A stretch of DNA of 64,000 bases from Schizosaccharomyces osmophilus (GCF_027921745.1 NC_079238.1:1116001-1180000), one strand, 5' to 3'. Shown: positions 48,758 to 60,796, counted from the first letter of the stretch. The notes: generated by a model not told the origin, from the sequence alone. Program-made: numbers and translations.

Positions 48758-50767
48758 CTAGTTCCCATTGTTGGTTGATGAGACCAACTCTTCACCAATT
48801 GCTTTAATATGAGTAGAAAGAACAGACCAAGAAGAATATTCATATATGCAGTCTGCAAATTTCCAGCATACAAGAGCCATTGTTGGATGATCGCACTCTA
48901 ACCAATCTTTAATTGAATGCAAAAACCAAAATGCTGCTTTGCGTTCACGACCATTAATAGCTTTTTCTGAAGAAGGCAAATTTGCTCGGACGGTAAATAA
49001 CCCAGCTAAGCATGTCATAAAAAAAGCATGCTCAAATTTTGATAAGGGAATTACATTCAAATTTGTTAGTCGTTGAAACCATTGTACAGCATCGTCAATA
49101 CAATTTCCCGGTCGGGTAGCTAGCAAGAGACTTCCAATAGCAATACTTCGGGAAGTATGGTATAATGAATGAAGCCTTGCAGCATATACGAGCACCATGT
49201 CATTAAAAATTTTATCTAGGACTGACGTCCTTAATTTTGGCGTAATGACACGGTTTTGCATCAAAAGACAGGTTATCTGAGCTTCCAAACAAGAAGCTAA
49301 ATAATTCCAAGCTCTTTCTTGAGAAAACGTTTTCCTAAGCTCGTCATAAATTTCGTATGCTCGTTTATAATCATGTAGCATAAATAAAAAATCAGCCATT
49401 CTTCGCTTCACGGCTTCTGGCTTATCCGAAGAGTACATAAAAGAGTCGGAATCGTAATTTCTTTGGGCAGAGGAAGAATGGTTCTTCCCTATATATTTTT
49501 TTGAAGCAAAAAGTAACTTCCCTGTAAACCCGCCATAATGCGCAGCCGTATTTTCTTCCCAAGAATTTACACATCTCTGCATAAAAGGACGTATACCTTC
49601 AAAGAGTATCGTGGTTACTAAACTTTTCATTTCTTGCATTTCTTCCAAAGGCATCACAGGCTTTAAAACCCCTTTTTTATTTTCACCTCCTTCCTTTAAA
49701 ACTTCTAAAGGAGATTTCCATATAGGCTCTGGCACTTTTGCTAATTCAGAGTCAAGTGAGAACAGTGTCGGATTTGAAAAACCGTTGACTAATGAAGTCG
49801 AAGAAAGCAAGCTTGAGGGATTGAAATAGTCATCTTCACCTCCTAACTCGTCCTTATAATTGTCCAAATTCGATGGAGAATGCGCGTTCTGTATATAAGC
49901 TAAATCAATATATCGTGACCGTAATCGAATGAATTTGGAATTCGCGCCTATACTGCGTTGTATGTTTCCAAACACTTGAAGAGAAGTTTCTAAATCATGT
50001 TCATCTTCATCGTGGATAAAAAGATAGTAATGCAATACCTCTCTAGATATAAATCTAGGGAAATCTGCACTATTTACTTCTTTATATAAGCGCATAATAG
50101 TAGCTAGAGGATTAGGGTTATGAGAACTTAACACAATTAAACACCCAACGGGATGGGAAAATGTCTCATGCTGTGCAACCGGATTACCAGACATCAAAAG
50201 CTTTAAATACTGTAGCATAGGATCTAAGAATGAATCCGGCGCCACTTGATCATCAGCTTCCGCGGACCATTTCTGAATATATCTTTCCAATAATTCACGA
50301 ACACATTCCATATCTCCTCCCGGAGCAAACTCATAAGATAACTCTTGTTCTGACTCGAGTTCATTTTCTTTATTCCATGCTCGGTCACGATGAAATTGTT
50401 GAGGGGTTCGCACGGCCGACATTGGTAAGAAACGGACAGAGCCTGTATCTTCTAAATTTCTCTCATTTTGAAAGTTTATATGTTTTGCCGAAGCAGAATG
50501 CTTGGAGCAATTCCCGTGTTCGACACAGTCGCCAAAAGGCCTGATAAAAGAAGCAAAGTTTGCAAAGCCTTTTCCTTTTATAAAACTTTCTGTATCTTCG
50601 GAGCACAACGTAAAGACGACAGGACAAAAAGCATGCTCAATTAGTTGGCGTAATTTTTGTTCAAACTCATAATTTGTACTCGACGAAGAAAAGTCTCCTG
50701 ACGCGTCAGACACGGTGGAAGTGATTTCAGATAAGCTGCGAGAAAGAAAATTTGTAGTAATATCCAT
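48758..50767 (-). CDS. trs85: TRAPP III subunit Trs85
   Basis: QHETFSHPVGCLIV, LHYYLFIHD, RRMADFLFMLHDYKRAYEIY, RERKAAFW. First ATG 50767. Confidence 0.87.
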   Translation of the reverse strand: MDITTNFLSRSLSEITSTVSDASGDFSSSSTNYEFEQKLRQLIEHAFCPVVFTLCSEDTESFIKGKGFANFASFIRPFGDCVEHGNCSKHSASAKHINFQNERNLEDTGSVRFLPMSAVRTPQQFHRDRAWNKENELESEQELSYEFAPGGDMECVRELLERYIQKWSAEADDQVAPDSFLDPMLQYLKLLMSGNPVAQHETFSHPVGCLIVLSSHNPNPLATIMRLYKEVNSADFPRFISREVLHYYLFIHDEDEHDLETSLQVFGNIQRSIGANSKFIRLRSRYIDLAYIQNAHSPSNLDNYKDELGGEDDYFNPSSLLSSTSLVNGFSNPTLFSLDSELAKVPEPIWKSPLEVLKEGGENKKGVLKPVMPLEEMQEMKSLVTTILFEGIRPFMQRCVNSWEENTAAHYGGFTGKLLFASKKYIGKNHSSSAQRNYDSDSFMYSSDKPEAVKRRMADFLFMLHDYKRAYEIYDELRKTFSQERAWNYLASCLEAQITCLLMQNRVITPKLRTSVLDKIFNDMVLVYAARLHSLYHTSRSIAIGSLLLATRPGNCIDDAVQWFQRLTNLNVIPLSKFEHAFFMTCLAGLFTVRANLPSSEKAINGRERKAAFWFLHSIKDWLECDHPTMALVCWKFADCIYEYSSWSVLSTHIKAIGEELVSSTNNGN

Positions 50768-51236
50768 ATAGTTCAAGCTGACTTTTGTTAATCAATTTGA
50801 TGTCAGGTCAGGCTAGACCAATTCAGCGTCTTTCGTCAAAATCTGGCATAAATAATGATATCTTGCAGTCTCAATGCCTTTGCTAATTAAAGTCCGTTTA
50901 AGAATGAAAGAGTAAACATAAAGAAGCCATATACACAACGGTTAAAGGACAAGGTACCAACAAATTGTAACAAAAGGAATCATTGTAGTACACAAGATAA
51001 ATAGTGAGGTGTTTTTCAAATGCAGTAAATGCAAACGTCGAGACAAAAACAAGATGAAGGATGTTAGGAACTTGGTTATTTGAACATTAGATATTTTAAA
51101 TTGAGATTATTTCCAAAAAATAAATCATTAAATGGCTGCAGGTTGCGAAGTGATTACTTCCAAAGTAATCGTTTCTACATCAGGTTAATCCATTTCAGCC
51201 TGACAGAAACATTTTCGGTTGTTTGGTCGTTCTTAA

Positions 51237-53039
51237 TTAACAATTCACATTTTCCTTTTCAGATTCTTCGGGCACATATTTATTTGGTAAATCTCGAAAC
51301 TTCGAAAACCGAATTTTAGATTGATTTAACTCCGCAAGCTCACGTCGTTGCTGTGAAGACCGCAATGCATAAATTATTTTTTCCTTGTCATTTATTTCTT
51401 CTTTCAAATCTGCAATCTCCATATTTCGATCGGAAAGTAATTCTTCCATACGTAACCGAGCACGACTAATAGCGCTTTCATGAGATTTTTCAGCTTCGAG
51501 CCATGAAATGTAAGCGTCTCTTTCTTCCAAGTCGGATTTGAATTGCTTAAGTATGTTTGTGCAAATCTCAAGTTCTTGGTTGCTTTTAACTAGTGCAGCA
51601 CGTAATGAACTTACTTCGGCCTGATAGTTAGTAGATGCTTCGGCTTGTCTTATTTCAGTAGGTAAATTTTGAGTTCTCATAGCAAACTTGAGGGTATTTG
51701 TGGTTTCAACAGCATGACGGGCCTCAACACTGATCGTAGCCAACAAGGATATCTGGGATTGGCCAGACAAAGATTGCTGGAGCAAACGAGTAAGTTTGGA
51801 TTCACGGTACGGAATATGATTATTATTCGAAGAGGCACCTCCATTTACAGAGTTGGATAGCCGAGAAATGACGGTCCCTAATGTAAGTAAAGATTTGTTG
51901 ATGAATGCACCTTCCTTTCTTCTTTCATGATCAGTAGAAGCTCGTTCACTTCCTGCTAAATCAACAAGACTGAGAGTGGACGTCCTTGTTGTATGAGTTG
52001 ATTGTGAATTCCGAATAAGAAAGACTTGTAATATCGCATGAGATCGAGAACTATAAGTATTGTAATCGGTAGCAGCCGTTTTTCGAATAGCATTGCACTG
52101 CTCAATGACCTGGCTTACGTCTTCCGGGCTTGTTACTAGCACGCGGGCCATCGGTGAAACGATAACTTCGCCATTGGCACCTTCACGAACCTTTGGCTCC
52201 TCCTGAGAATCACTGATTAAATCTCGAATCCTTTCGTTATAAATTTCAAGATAGGAAATGCGAATTTGAAAAGTGTCAGACTCCGCGTTTGACTCTACCA
52301 TATTAAACAGATCACGCATGCCCAAAGGAATAATACCGGGCTCATCCTCTGTTCCCTGCATCGAATAAGTTTTACCAGTTCCTGTCATGCCATAAGCAAA
52401 AACGATGCCATTGTATCCAGAAAACACGTTTCGGACTACAGAAGCGACAGAATTTTGGTAAATATTAAGATTATCGGATTCTATACCAAAGACATGATTA
52501 AACATGTATTCTTGTTGAAGAGAAGATGAGTTTGAGTTGGTATCTTGGTGAATGTATTCTCGTCCGTAAGGATCGTTTAATACGGTTCCATGTGTCCAGA
52601 GGTTATTATTATGTCTATCAACAGGACATATACGAATACTCGTTATAATATCACTGCCCAACAATGGCAACTCACCAGCACCAGAAGAAGGAATCCTGCC
52701 GGTCTTTGAGAATGATGAAGCGGCACTATCAAAAGATTCAGTGCGGTAACTGCTTGCATCTTGAAGGTTCAAAACGGAAGGACGAGGATATCGATCCAAC
52801 GTCCCTAGAGGTGATGCAGCTCCTTCCGAAACACCAAGGTCAAGTGCTGAAGAACCTGAAACACTCAATTGTGTACTATTGCTTCGAAACATAGGATTCG
52901 AAAAGTTTCGAATCAATGAAGGGCTTTGAGGGTAATTTCCTTTTGCCTGAGGCGTTACATTCCTCAAACTAGTCATGGTAGAATATCTTCGAGGTGTTAC
53001 CATACCTGTGAAACCAGGTTTGTTCGTAGATGAACTCAT
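51237..53039 (-). CDS. tea2: Kip2-family kinesin Tea2
   Basis: P-loop FAYGMTGTGKT, SSRSHA, LVDLAGSE, HIPYRESKLTRLL; Ser-rich N-tail and C-terminal coiled coil. ATG 53039. Confidence 0.93.
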   Translation of the reverse strand: MSSSTNKPGFTGMVTPRRYSTMTSLRNVTPQAKGNYPQSPSLIRNFSNPMFRSNSTQLSVSGSSALDLGVSEGAASPLGTLDRYPRPSVLNLQDASSYRTESFDSAASSFSKTGRIPSSGAGELPLLGSDIITSIRICPVDRHNNNLWTHGTVLNDPYGREYIHQDTNSNSSSLQQEYMFNHVFGIESDNLNIYQNSVASVVRNVFSGYNGIVFAYGMTGTGKTYSMQGTEDEPGIIPLGMRDLFNMVESNAESDTFQIRISYLEIYNERIRDLISDSQEEPKVREGANGEVIVSPMARVLVTSPEDVSQVIEQCNAIRKTAATDYNTYSSRSHAILQVFLIRNSQSTHTTRTSTLSLVDLAGSERASTDHERRKEGAFINKSLLTLGTVISRLSNSVNGGASSNNNHIPYRESKLTRLLQQSLSGQSQISLLATISVEARHAVETTNTLKFAMRTQNLPTEIRQAEASTNYQAEVSSLRAALVKSNQELEICTNILKQFKSDLEERDAYISWLEAEKSHESAISRARLRMEELLSDRNMEIADLKEEINDKEKIIYALRSSQQRRELAELNQSKIRFSKFRDLPNKYVPEESEKENVNC

Positions 53040-53441
53040 CTCATTTAAAATTCCAAGATTGCAGTCTTTACGACTTTTAAGCACACAACACTTCCTTTCT
53101 CTCGATAAGGAATTATTCTACTAAACGAACGAATTTGAAAAGATCCCAAATGTTTTAATCAGAATATGTTTCTTTTCTAAAGTGCGCAGTAATAAAAACA
53201 ATGGTTTAACGCCTTCATAGTGTACTGCTTAAATTAGTTTTGTGGAAGTTCGCAACGTTTACTATCAACTTTAGCATCCTTGATGATATAGCTCGGAAAA
53301 TGATTCACTAGGAAATGTATACCTTTTCAAAATATTATTATCCTTTTTTGTTTGTTTCATTCACGCAGGCGTGTTTTTTTTTTTTTTTTATATAATTTGA
53401 AGAATCCTTTGTTCTCAAAAAAGTTTGTGATGATTTTGTTT

Positions 53442-53726
53442 TCAGGAAGAGCCGTCTGAATTTTTCGTAATCGGTTGATCCTTCTCATAGAAATCGTACA
53501 AGGCTCTTTGTTTATTCAAATCATCAAAACGGCTTTGCTTCATGCGTTTTCGTTCCTGATCTTTCTCTACACCTGCCGACATTCTCTAAAATGAACTTAG
53601 TCACGACTCACTCGAAGGTTGTGGGCTTACCTGCTTTTCCGCGATCTGATTGCTATGAACAATATACACCATAAAAATACTAAACGTAGAAGCACCTAAA
53701 ATACAAGCTTTCGACGTCGACGACAT
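53442..53726 (-). CDS. pet117: Cytochrome c oxidase assembly factor Pet117, 79 aa; exons 53726-53631, 53585-53442 (not in ORF track)
   Basis: Spliced product MSSTSKACILGASTFSIFMVYIVHSNQIAEKQ|RMSAGVEKDQERKRMKQSRFDDLNKQRALYDFYEKDQPITKNSDGSS; 45-nt GTAAGC...CTAAG...TAG intron; SK...VH..Q..E...M..GV..D..R pattern of Pet117. Confidence 0.88.
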
Positions 53727-54504
53727 GTTAATGAACAAATGGATGAAGGCTTTCGTCCGTTTATGGTTTCATACTTAGAGGTATGCTCAGTATGATATAT
53801 TTTGCAAAATTATATTTTAAACTACCTTCTGTTACTAGACATGAAAATATTAATTAATATTATGCATAAATAATAATCTTAAAGAGTATATTATTTCAGT
53901 TAGTGACCTAAACAAAAACAAAATGAAAGCAAGTGCAGATTCAATGAGTAGGCATGCAGTGGCTCACGAGTTTAGAATCATCTTTGTTCTGTAAAAGTAC
54001 GATTTGTATAATCACGAACGGCTGTTTTGGTAGAAAATTCTATGCAAAATGCTTTCGCCAGTTTCAGCGAACTTATTTGACTACAGCTATACGTAAATCC
54101 ACTGGGCGCATAGGTAATCAGTATAAAGCCGAGTTTCAAAGTTTCCACGAATCCTTCGTGTCTTCTGCCATTGGCAATCCTATCCATACTTGTTAATGAA
54201 AAGCCATTACAGGAATGTAAAATATAACATGTTTACTTCACTACGGAAGCATTGACAATCAATTCATGAAGGCTATATGAATTAATGAGTTACTCGAAAC
54301 ATTCAGCGACTTCGCCAACTTCTTTGACAAGAACTTATAATCCATATACACACAATGAGAGTTTACATTCTCGTTTAGTTTAATAAGATAAATAAAGAAA
54401 CAAACACAAAGATTTTTAAGCTAATACGAATCTATCAAAGACCAGGCCGTCAAATCAAAGTTGCCAAACTCTTAAACCATTAAAAATCATTAATATTTTT
54501 CTCT

Positions 54505-57500
54505 TTATACTTTGACAGTAATGAAGGGAACTTCAACATCTTCACCGTCTTTGTCATCGCAACACACTTCTAAAATTAAGTGTTTTCTAAATGGCTCCAG
54601 CTTCTTCTTGGAAATTTGCTCAACCAAATCAGATATCTTAAGAGGTAGACGCTCCGCAAGTTTTTTGGGTGGTTGGAAATTAGCGTAAAGCAAAGAAACA
54701 CCAGAAGAGAGCATAGTGACTTCCAAGCCCTCCTTTTCAGAAAAGTGGTCTATAAGGTTTTGGAGGGTAAAGTTGGGAAGATTAAATCGGTCCCAGATTT
54801 TGTCAACCTCCTTTTCGTTAAACTTCATCTTGGGAGATCCAATAGGATCTGAGAATGTGAAAAGTCCAATAGCAAGATTGAAGAAACCATTCTTAAAGTC
54901 TTCAAACTTTTTCTTACCATCTACCAACTTCACCAATTCTAAGCAAACCAAACCAGAAACAACAGCAGTAGAAGTACACATAGCTGGAACAATCTTGCCA
55001 GCAACAAATTTTGTCTTAAAACGATCAGCAGTCGTAATTTCGTAATTCAAAGCTCGAAGGTTGGAAGCTGCAGTGATAAAATCAATGTGATGGTTGGTGT
55101 CATCGTCTTTTTCAAAATCTGCAGGTGTCAATCTAAAGCCAGCCAAAGAAGATGGAGGAGGTAAGCTATCAGCAATAGATTTTAACTCTTGCTTATCGGA
55201 ATTAGCAGCTGCTTCTGGTGCCTCATCAGACTCATTAACTTGAATCTTCACACCGCTCTTGGGAGAATATTCAGCAGGCTTGAAGCTAGAAAGAACCCGT
55301 TCATAAAGAGCAGGATCAGTTTCCTCCTTCAAACCGTAATTGAAAGCATAAATGCTGGCAGCAGCGACGATGAAATCAAAGTGAGCACGATTGTTAATGT
55401 CGAATGCCAAAGGAGAAGGAGCACGCTTTGGACCAGTCCAGAAAGGTTGTCCATTCGAAGTAACAGCGTCCTTGGGGAAGTTGTAAAGTAATTGCTGAAT
55501 GTTATGATTAAAGAACTTTTCAAATTGGCCACGAGCCCAAATGATACATTCCTCAAAGGAGAGAGGCTTTTCGCTAACAAGGTAATCGCGAATGTTTTCT
55601 AAAACTTCACGAGGGTTACTGCTAGTTTTCAAGGTTGTTTCCAAGAAATTGGGGGAACTGAGGTACAAGTTCACGTTGTCAATAGGTTGCTTAAATAACC
55701 CCTCGAATAAATCACGTGCCCAAGCAATTGTATGCTCAATGCGGTTAGGAAAGTTCTTGAGAGTGCAGATAGGGAAAGACTTCTCGGGAGGATCTTGGGA
55801 TGAACCGTAGGATTCAGTGAGGTGAGGGACAACCACTTGAGTATTACCTTTTGTACCTAAAGTACCAGACTCCAACAATGGCTTTTCAAAGAACACGCAG
55901 CGGCGATCGACGTACAAACGAGCTTCGACGTTATCCAGAGCATTAGTCACTATAGAAAGGTTATCAAAAAATTCGTCTCCGAAAATGCCTTCGCTCTCCG
56001 GTCCGACACGTTCCTGATAAGAGGTAATTTTGCCAGTTAAAGAAGGATTCATGGCAGCAACAGCATTAGCAGCAGATTCAGCCTTCAACTTGCCAACATC
56101 GCGAGCTCTGAAAAGGAACTGACGGTTCAAGTTTGATTTTTCAATGGAATCCATATCAGTAACGTGAATATGACCATCTTCGCCAGTGGAGACACCCATC
56201 ATAGACCAATTCTTCAACATCTCACAACCAATGGCACCAGCACCAACCAAAAATTGCTTTAAGGAGCTCAATTTTTGTTGAAATTCACTTCCAAAAACTG
56301 CAATTTGACCATCGTAACGAGTGCCACGAGGCTTACAAGCTTCTTCACTAAGTTGCACAGAGGTTGGAAGACTCTCAAGGGAATCAAAGTAGAAAAATTG
56401 CTTAAATGGGAAGAATTTGCTAGTAGTAGACTTCAAAACTTCTTGAGCAACTATACCACCAAGGAAAGCGCACATGGCGACAAGATCGCCTCTGGCCTGA
56501 TAAGAAACTTCTTTAATAAGGTTTTCATCCAGTTCTAACTGCGAATCAAAAGAAGCACCGATCTTCTTCGCAATTTGAAGAAATTCGCCAGCGTCTGCAT
56601 TGTTTCTGGGGCGAGGCAAAACGCCGTTGTGTGTTTCAGCAAACGAAGAAAGTGCTTGGAAGGCAACGTGATATTGAGGAGGACGCAGCATTTTTCCAAA
56701 ATCAGGAAATACATATTCAGGTTCCTTCAAAGACTCACGAAGAGATTTGAAAGTAAGTTTTTGAGGCATTTTGACTTGAGTGAAAACACCACCAGTCGCA
56801 GCGGAACCGCCCAAACCATTAATAGATCCAATAGAAAAGGTGTAAGGGCCCTTAACTTCTACTTTGCGGGGCTGGCCGTTGTTCAAAGCAGGCACACCCT
56901 TGACTTCAGTAAACTTCACATAATCACCGTCTTCTAAACCGTGGCGGGTTTCTTCAAGCATTGTAACAGTGCCATCGTCAGTAATATTTGCAATCATTCC
57001 AGTTAAGGGTTCGTTTCCATCCACATCAGTGCAGACAAATTCTGGTCCAAAGTCGCAAAACACGGAACCAAAAAGACCGCGGCTATCTGTAGAGATAAAT
57101 GCAATTCTGTTTTCATGAGTAAAGTCATTAATTTCCAGTTGTTTTGTGAGAGAAGTTTCAGTAACAACAACACACTTGTATTTTTTCAAATCTTGAATCG
57201 ACAGCTCTGGAGTCGAAGACACGGGAACATATTGGTTAAGTTCAGCTAATTTTGGCACACTGACATCAGCACGAGAAACGCCCAAATCATCTTCGGTCAA
57301 AAAGTATTGTGAAGACAAATCCTCGATATGAGTAGGTTGAGGATCATATAGCGTAACGCTTTTGACACCAGCGAGACATATGTTTTTAGCAATTTCAACA
57401 CCGAGACCTTTGCATCCGATAATTAAAACATCTGATTGACTCATTTGCTTCATGGCTTCGTGGCCCAAAACATAAAGTTGTCGGGAGTATAATCCCTCAT

Positions 57501-57606
57501 CAATGGTGCCTGACCCCGTTTGGTCAATATTCATTTTATTCTGCAACACGTTAGTATCCAATTCAGCTGCCATTCTTTCAATAATAGGGGTTTCACGTAC
57601 ACTCAT
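54505..57606 (-). CDS. uba1: Ubiquitin-activating enzyme E1, 1013 aa; exons 57606-57601, 57540-54505
   Basis: IDEGLYSRQLYVLG, VGAGAIGCE, SNLNRQFLFR, catalytic PICTLKNFP, FEKDDDTNHH; 60-nt GTACGT...TACTAAC...CAG intron after codon 2. Confidence 0.97.
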   Translation of the reverse strand: MSVRETPIIERMAAELDTNVLQNKMNIDQTGSGTIDEGLYSRQLYVLGHEAMKQMSQSDVLIIGCKGLGVEIAKNICLAGVKSVTLYDPQPTHIEDLSSQYFLTEDDLGVSRADVSVPKLAELNQYVPVSSTPELSIQDLKKYKCVVVTETSLTKQLEINDFTHENRIAFISTDSRGLFGSVFCDFGPEFVCTDVDGNEPLTGMIANITDDGTVTMLEETRHGLEDGDYVKFTEVKGVPALNNGQPRKVEVKGPYTFSIGSINGLGGSAATGGVFTQVKMPQKLTFKSLRESLKEPEYVFPDFGKMLRPPQYHVAFQALSSFAETHNGVLPRPRNNADAGEFLQIAKKIGASFDSQLELDENLIKEVSYQARGDLVAMCAFLGGIVAQEVLKSTTSKFFPFKQFFYFDSLESLPTSVQLSEEACKPRGTRYDGQIAVFGSEFQQKLSSLKQFLVGAGAIGCEMLKNWSMMGVSTGEDGHIHVTDMDSIEKSNLNRQFLFRARDVGKLKAESAANAVAAMNPSLTGKITSYQERVGPESEGIFGDEFFDNLSIVTNALDNVEARLYVDRRCVFFEKPLLESGTLGTKGNTQVVVPHLTESYGSSQDPPEKSFPICTLKNFPNRIEHTIAWARDLFEGLFKQPIDNVNLYLSSPNFLETTLKTSSNPREVLENIRDYLVSEKPLSFEECIIWARGQFEKFFNHNIQQLLYNFPKDAVTSNGQPFWTGPKRAPSPLAFDINNRAHFDFIVAAASIYAFNYGLKEETDPALYERVLSSFKPAEYSPKSGVKIQVNESDEAPEAAANSDKQELKSIADSLPPPSSLAGFRLTPADFEKDDDTNHHIDFITAASNLRALNYEITTADRFKTKFVAGKIVPAMCTSTAVVSGLVCLELVKLVDGKKKFEDFKNGFFNLAIGLFTFSDPIGSPKMKFNEKEVDKIWDRFNLPNFTLQNLIDHFSEKEGLEVTMLSSGVSLLYANFQPPKKLAERLPLKISDLVEQISKKKLEPFRKHLILEVCCDDKDGEDVEVPFITVKV

Positions 57607-58057
57607 TATGGATATTGTGGTGTTGGCGTGGTAGAATGTTCGATGACCTCAGTATATATATGAAGTGAATAACGAGGGTTACCGCAATAATTTGCAAATT
57701 GCTTAGAAATATAAAGTAAGTTGAATTTAGCTGACAAAGGCTCGTTTGCCACTTCTAAATGAGTAAGACTTGAAACTGATTTGCCTTTTTGGTCTCTTAT
57801 TCTCAAAACAGCGTCTTCGTCTTCAAGTCCGTTCGTTCTGCCCTGTATTGCTAGCAGCTTACGAGACTTTGGTCACTATCGATAATGACTATAGTGTATG
57901 TTACGTACTTTTCGCTATATTATTTAGTGTCAGCAGTTCTATATCTGTAAATGAAAAGTTTCAACAAGTAAGTTGAGCTGAGCTAGCTTTAGACGGTCTC
58001 GTTGCAAGCTTGACAAATCGATTTGTCAAATTTTTTGGACCGAACAAAGAAGAACCC

Positions 58058-58888
58058 ATGACGGACCGTAAGAGAGTTTGTGGTCCTCTGGTCTCAGTAC
58101 CTCCAGCATTTGAAGTGCCTGAACAGCCTGCGTTTACGAGGGATCGCAATGCGGATAATTGCAGAAAAATATGTACGTTGAACTCTTGATAATGGAAGAA
58201 AAAGCTAATGTGACTAGACTTGAAGCTTGGATGGGCCACCAAGGCTATGGGAAGCGCTTATTATGAATCTGGTAAAATCAAGATTGGATGCAATGTTTAT
58301 GGCCCTAGACCAAACAAGACGTTTTCTTTCCAAAATGTAGCAAAGTTGAATTGCGAAGTGAAGTACAGCCCCTTTTCATTGCCAGAGAGGAAGGGACACG
58401 TACAGAGTGCTGAAGAAAAGGATTATGGTTTCTTACTCGAGACAGCTCTTTCCCCTAGTATCCTACTACACTTATATCCCAAAAGTTCTATCGATGTTTA
58501 TGTACAAATTCTTGAGAGCGATGGAACTATGGCAACATTGGCAGCTGCTATTACTTGTGCTTCTGCAGCAATCGCTGATGCAAACATAGAATGCATAGAT
58601 CTGGTTACAGGTGTGAGCTTATTATATAAAATTCAAGGACCAGAGTATTGGGTGGATCCAGACTTTATGGATGAGTGTGGTCGACCACGTCCATATGGTT
58701 CTCTAGTAGTTGGCCACATGGCTGCTCTTGGGCATATTACTCAGGTCTGGGAGAAAGGGAATTGCACTTCGGAACGGCTCAAAAGTTTGCTAGAGAAATG
58801 TACAGAGACGGCAAAGGGAATTCGTTTGGTCATTAACCATACTCTTAGTCAAGAAAAATTGGGATCTTTGGTTAACGATACACCTTGA
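58058..58888 (+). CDS. mtr3: Exosome RNase PH-like subunit Mtr3, 261 aa; exons 58058-58172, 58218-58888
   Basis: MTDRKRVCGP start, GSAYYE, VYGPRP, YPKSSIDVYVQILESDG; 45-nt GTACGT...CTAAT...TAG intron. Confidence 0.88.
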
Positions 58889-60796
58889 GTTTGTCTTTGT
58901 GTGCTGCTTGAAAAATTAATTTAATGCTCTTGTTTTGTATGTAAATACAGTTTCCATCTAGCAGACAGTAGAAGGCCTAAGGATTTCATTCCTATCGTGT
59001 ACCATCATCATTGGCGTCGATTCATTTGTATCCAATTTGATTCCTCTCATTCTTCCAGCTACAAATTTGATTCTCCACAGAAGTCTATCATACCAAGAAT
59101 TTCAGCTTTCATTATGCATGCATGCAGTTTACACGCCCCAATAGTGGACGTACATTAGCTGAGAGCTTCAATATAAGGAATTATCGAAAATGCATGAATT
59201 TTTTTGTAAGAATTCAAGTTTTGAATTTTTAAGTAAAGACACTATGATGATAGCTGTATAAAAACAAGCAAGCAACTTTTTTCATGTTTTTCTATTTCTT
59301 TTCTAGAACGGACTGTCATTTACAAACTTTTTAAATAATTATATTTGTTACATAGTCTAATAAATTGCTGTCGACTCTATCCATTTTAGTATTAAGTAAG
59401 AGCCTACTTTTGTCCAAAATTAAGGGACAAATGCTGCATGCTAGTATTTTGTCATGCAAATGCAAAAACAAGTTTCCATACAGACAGATGCGATGCCCAT
59501 GAACATTGAAAGCAACAATATGATTAACGCCAAAACTCGAACTTGGGATCGTCAGTGAACTTTCATGTTAAGCTTAAAATTAGTACTATTTATTCTACAC
59601 GACCTATTCAATTGTTTGTTCCTCGACCATATCGATAAGAGTATATGCCTCTCAATTTTGTTTGATAATAAAAACAGAATGGATGAAATGACTTTAAGAT
59701 TGCTGCATGAAGCGTATTGCTCTATTTTGCTTTCTTTCGTGTTTGACCTACTGGCATCATCGACCTTTGCGCAGGAAAACAATGCTTCGCTTGACTTTGA
59801 AAGATGGAGATTGAAAATTACACTGCTGTCTCAACAAAAAATCATTCAAAGAAAAAACCAAACTTCAGCAATTATGCAAACTCCTGTTAATGATTTGGCT
59901 TCTATAGTGTAACTGTATAAGAATCCAAAGTAACACATCCTCTTTAATACGATGTATGTCAATTTTGTATAAACAGTGCGTAGAATTGCTTGAAAGAAAG
60001 GGTACTTTTCTTCCTTTTGTCTTCCTTGAGAAAGAATAACTATAAGGTAGGCGAAAGAATTGTGTGGTTGGATTTGAAAAGGGTACTGTCATAATTAATA
60101 ATAAAATCAATGCCTCCTTATGAAACGCACTAAGTTGAACGCAGTGCGATAATCAAGATATACTTTCAGAAGGCTCTCCCATTTCCCGGAATTTTCTACA
60201 AAGTCTGTTTAGTAAGGCTAAGCGTTTTGCTTTCCCAGTGCATGCGATATACTTTGGCCATTCCTCCTGGGGGCCTTTCTGAATTTGCAATCAGTGGATT
60301 TAATTCTGTCACCTACCTTCAATTCCTCGAAACTCAGTTTGTTACATGGCAATGGACGAGATCAGGAAAGCAACCTACTTCATACTCGGAAACAATAGAC
60401 TTTCATTTCGAGGGATACAAATATTTTTGGGCCAAATTAGCTGTAATTTCGAAAATAAAACTTTCATCTCATGTAATAATATTATATAGCCCTCTACCTT
60501 CTTTGAATAACAAACCAAGCGTAGTACTTAGATTCGCTATAGCTGGCTACACCACGACACGTAAGCTGCACACTTCGAATTTTGTCAAACCTCTTATCGA
60601 AAGAAAAAAGCGCCTTTTTTTGATAAAAGTCTTTTCTTATATACGAATTGCACAATTCTGAAGACTTTTCGAAGTAGGGATTCGTCCATTGGTTCCTATC
60701 CATTACTTTCAAATCTATCTTTTTCACATACACGCTTAGGTGCTTATTCTTCCCTTTTTCTATTCATTCAACTATCATTTTTTATTTTTATAAGAA

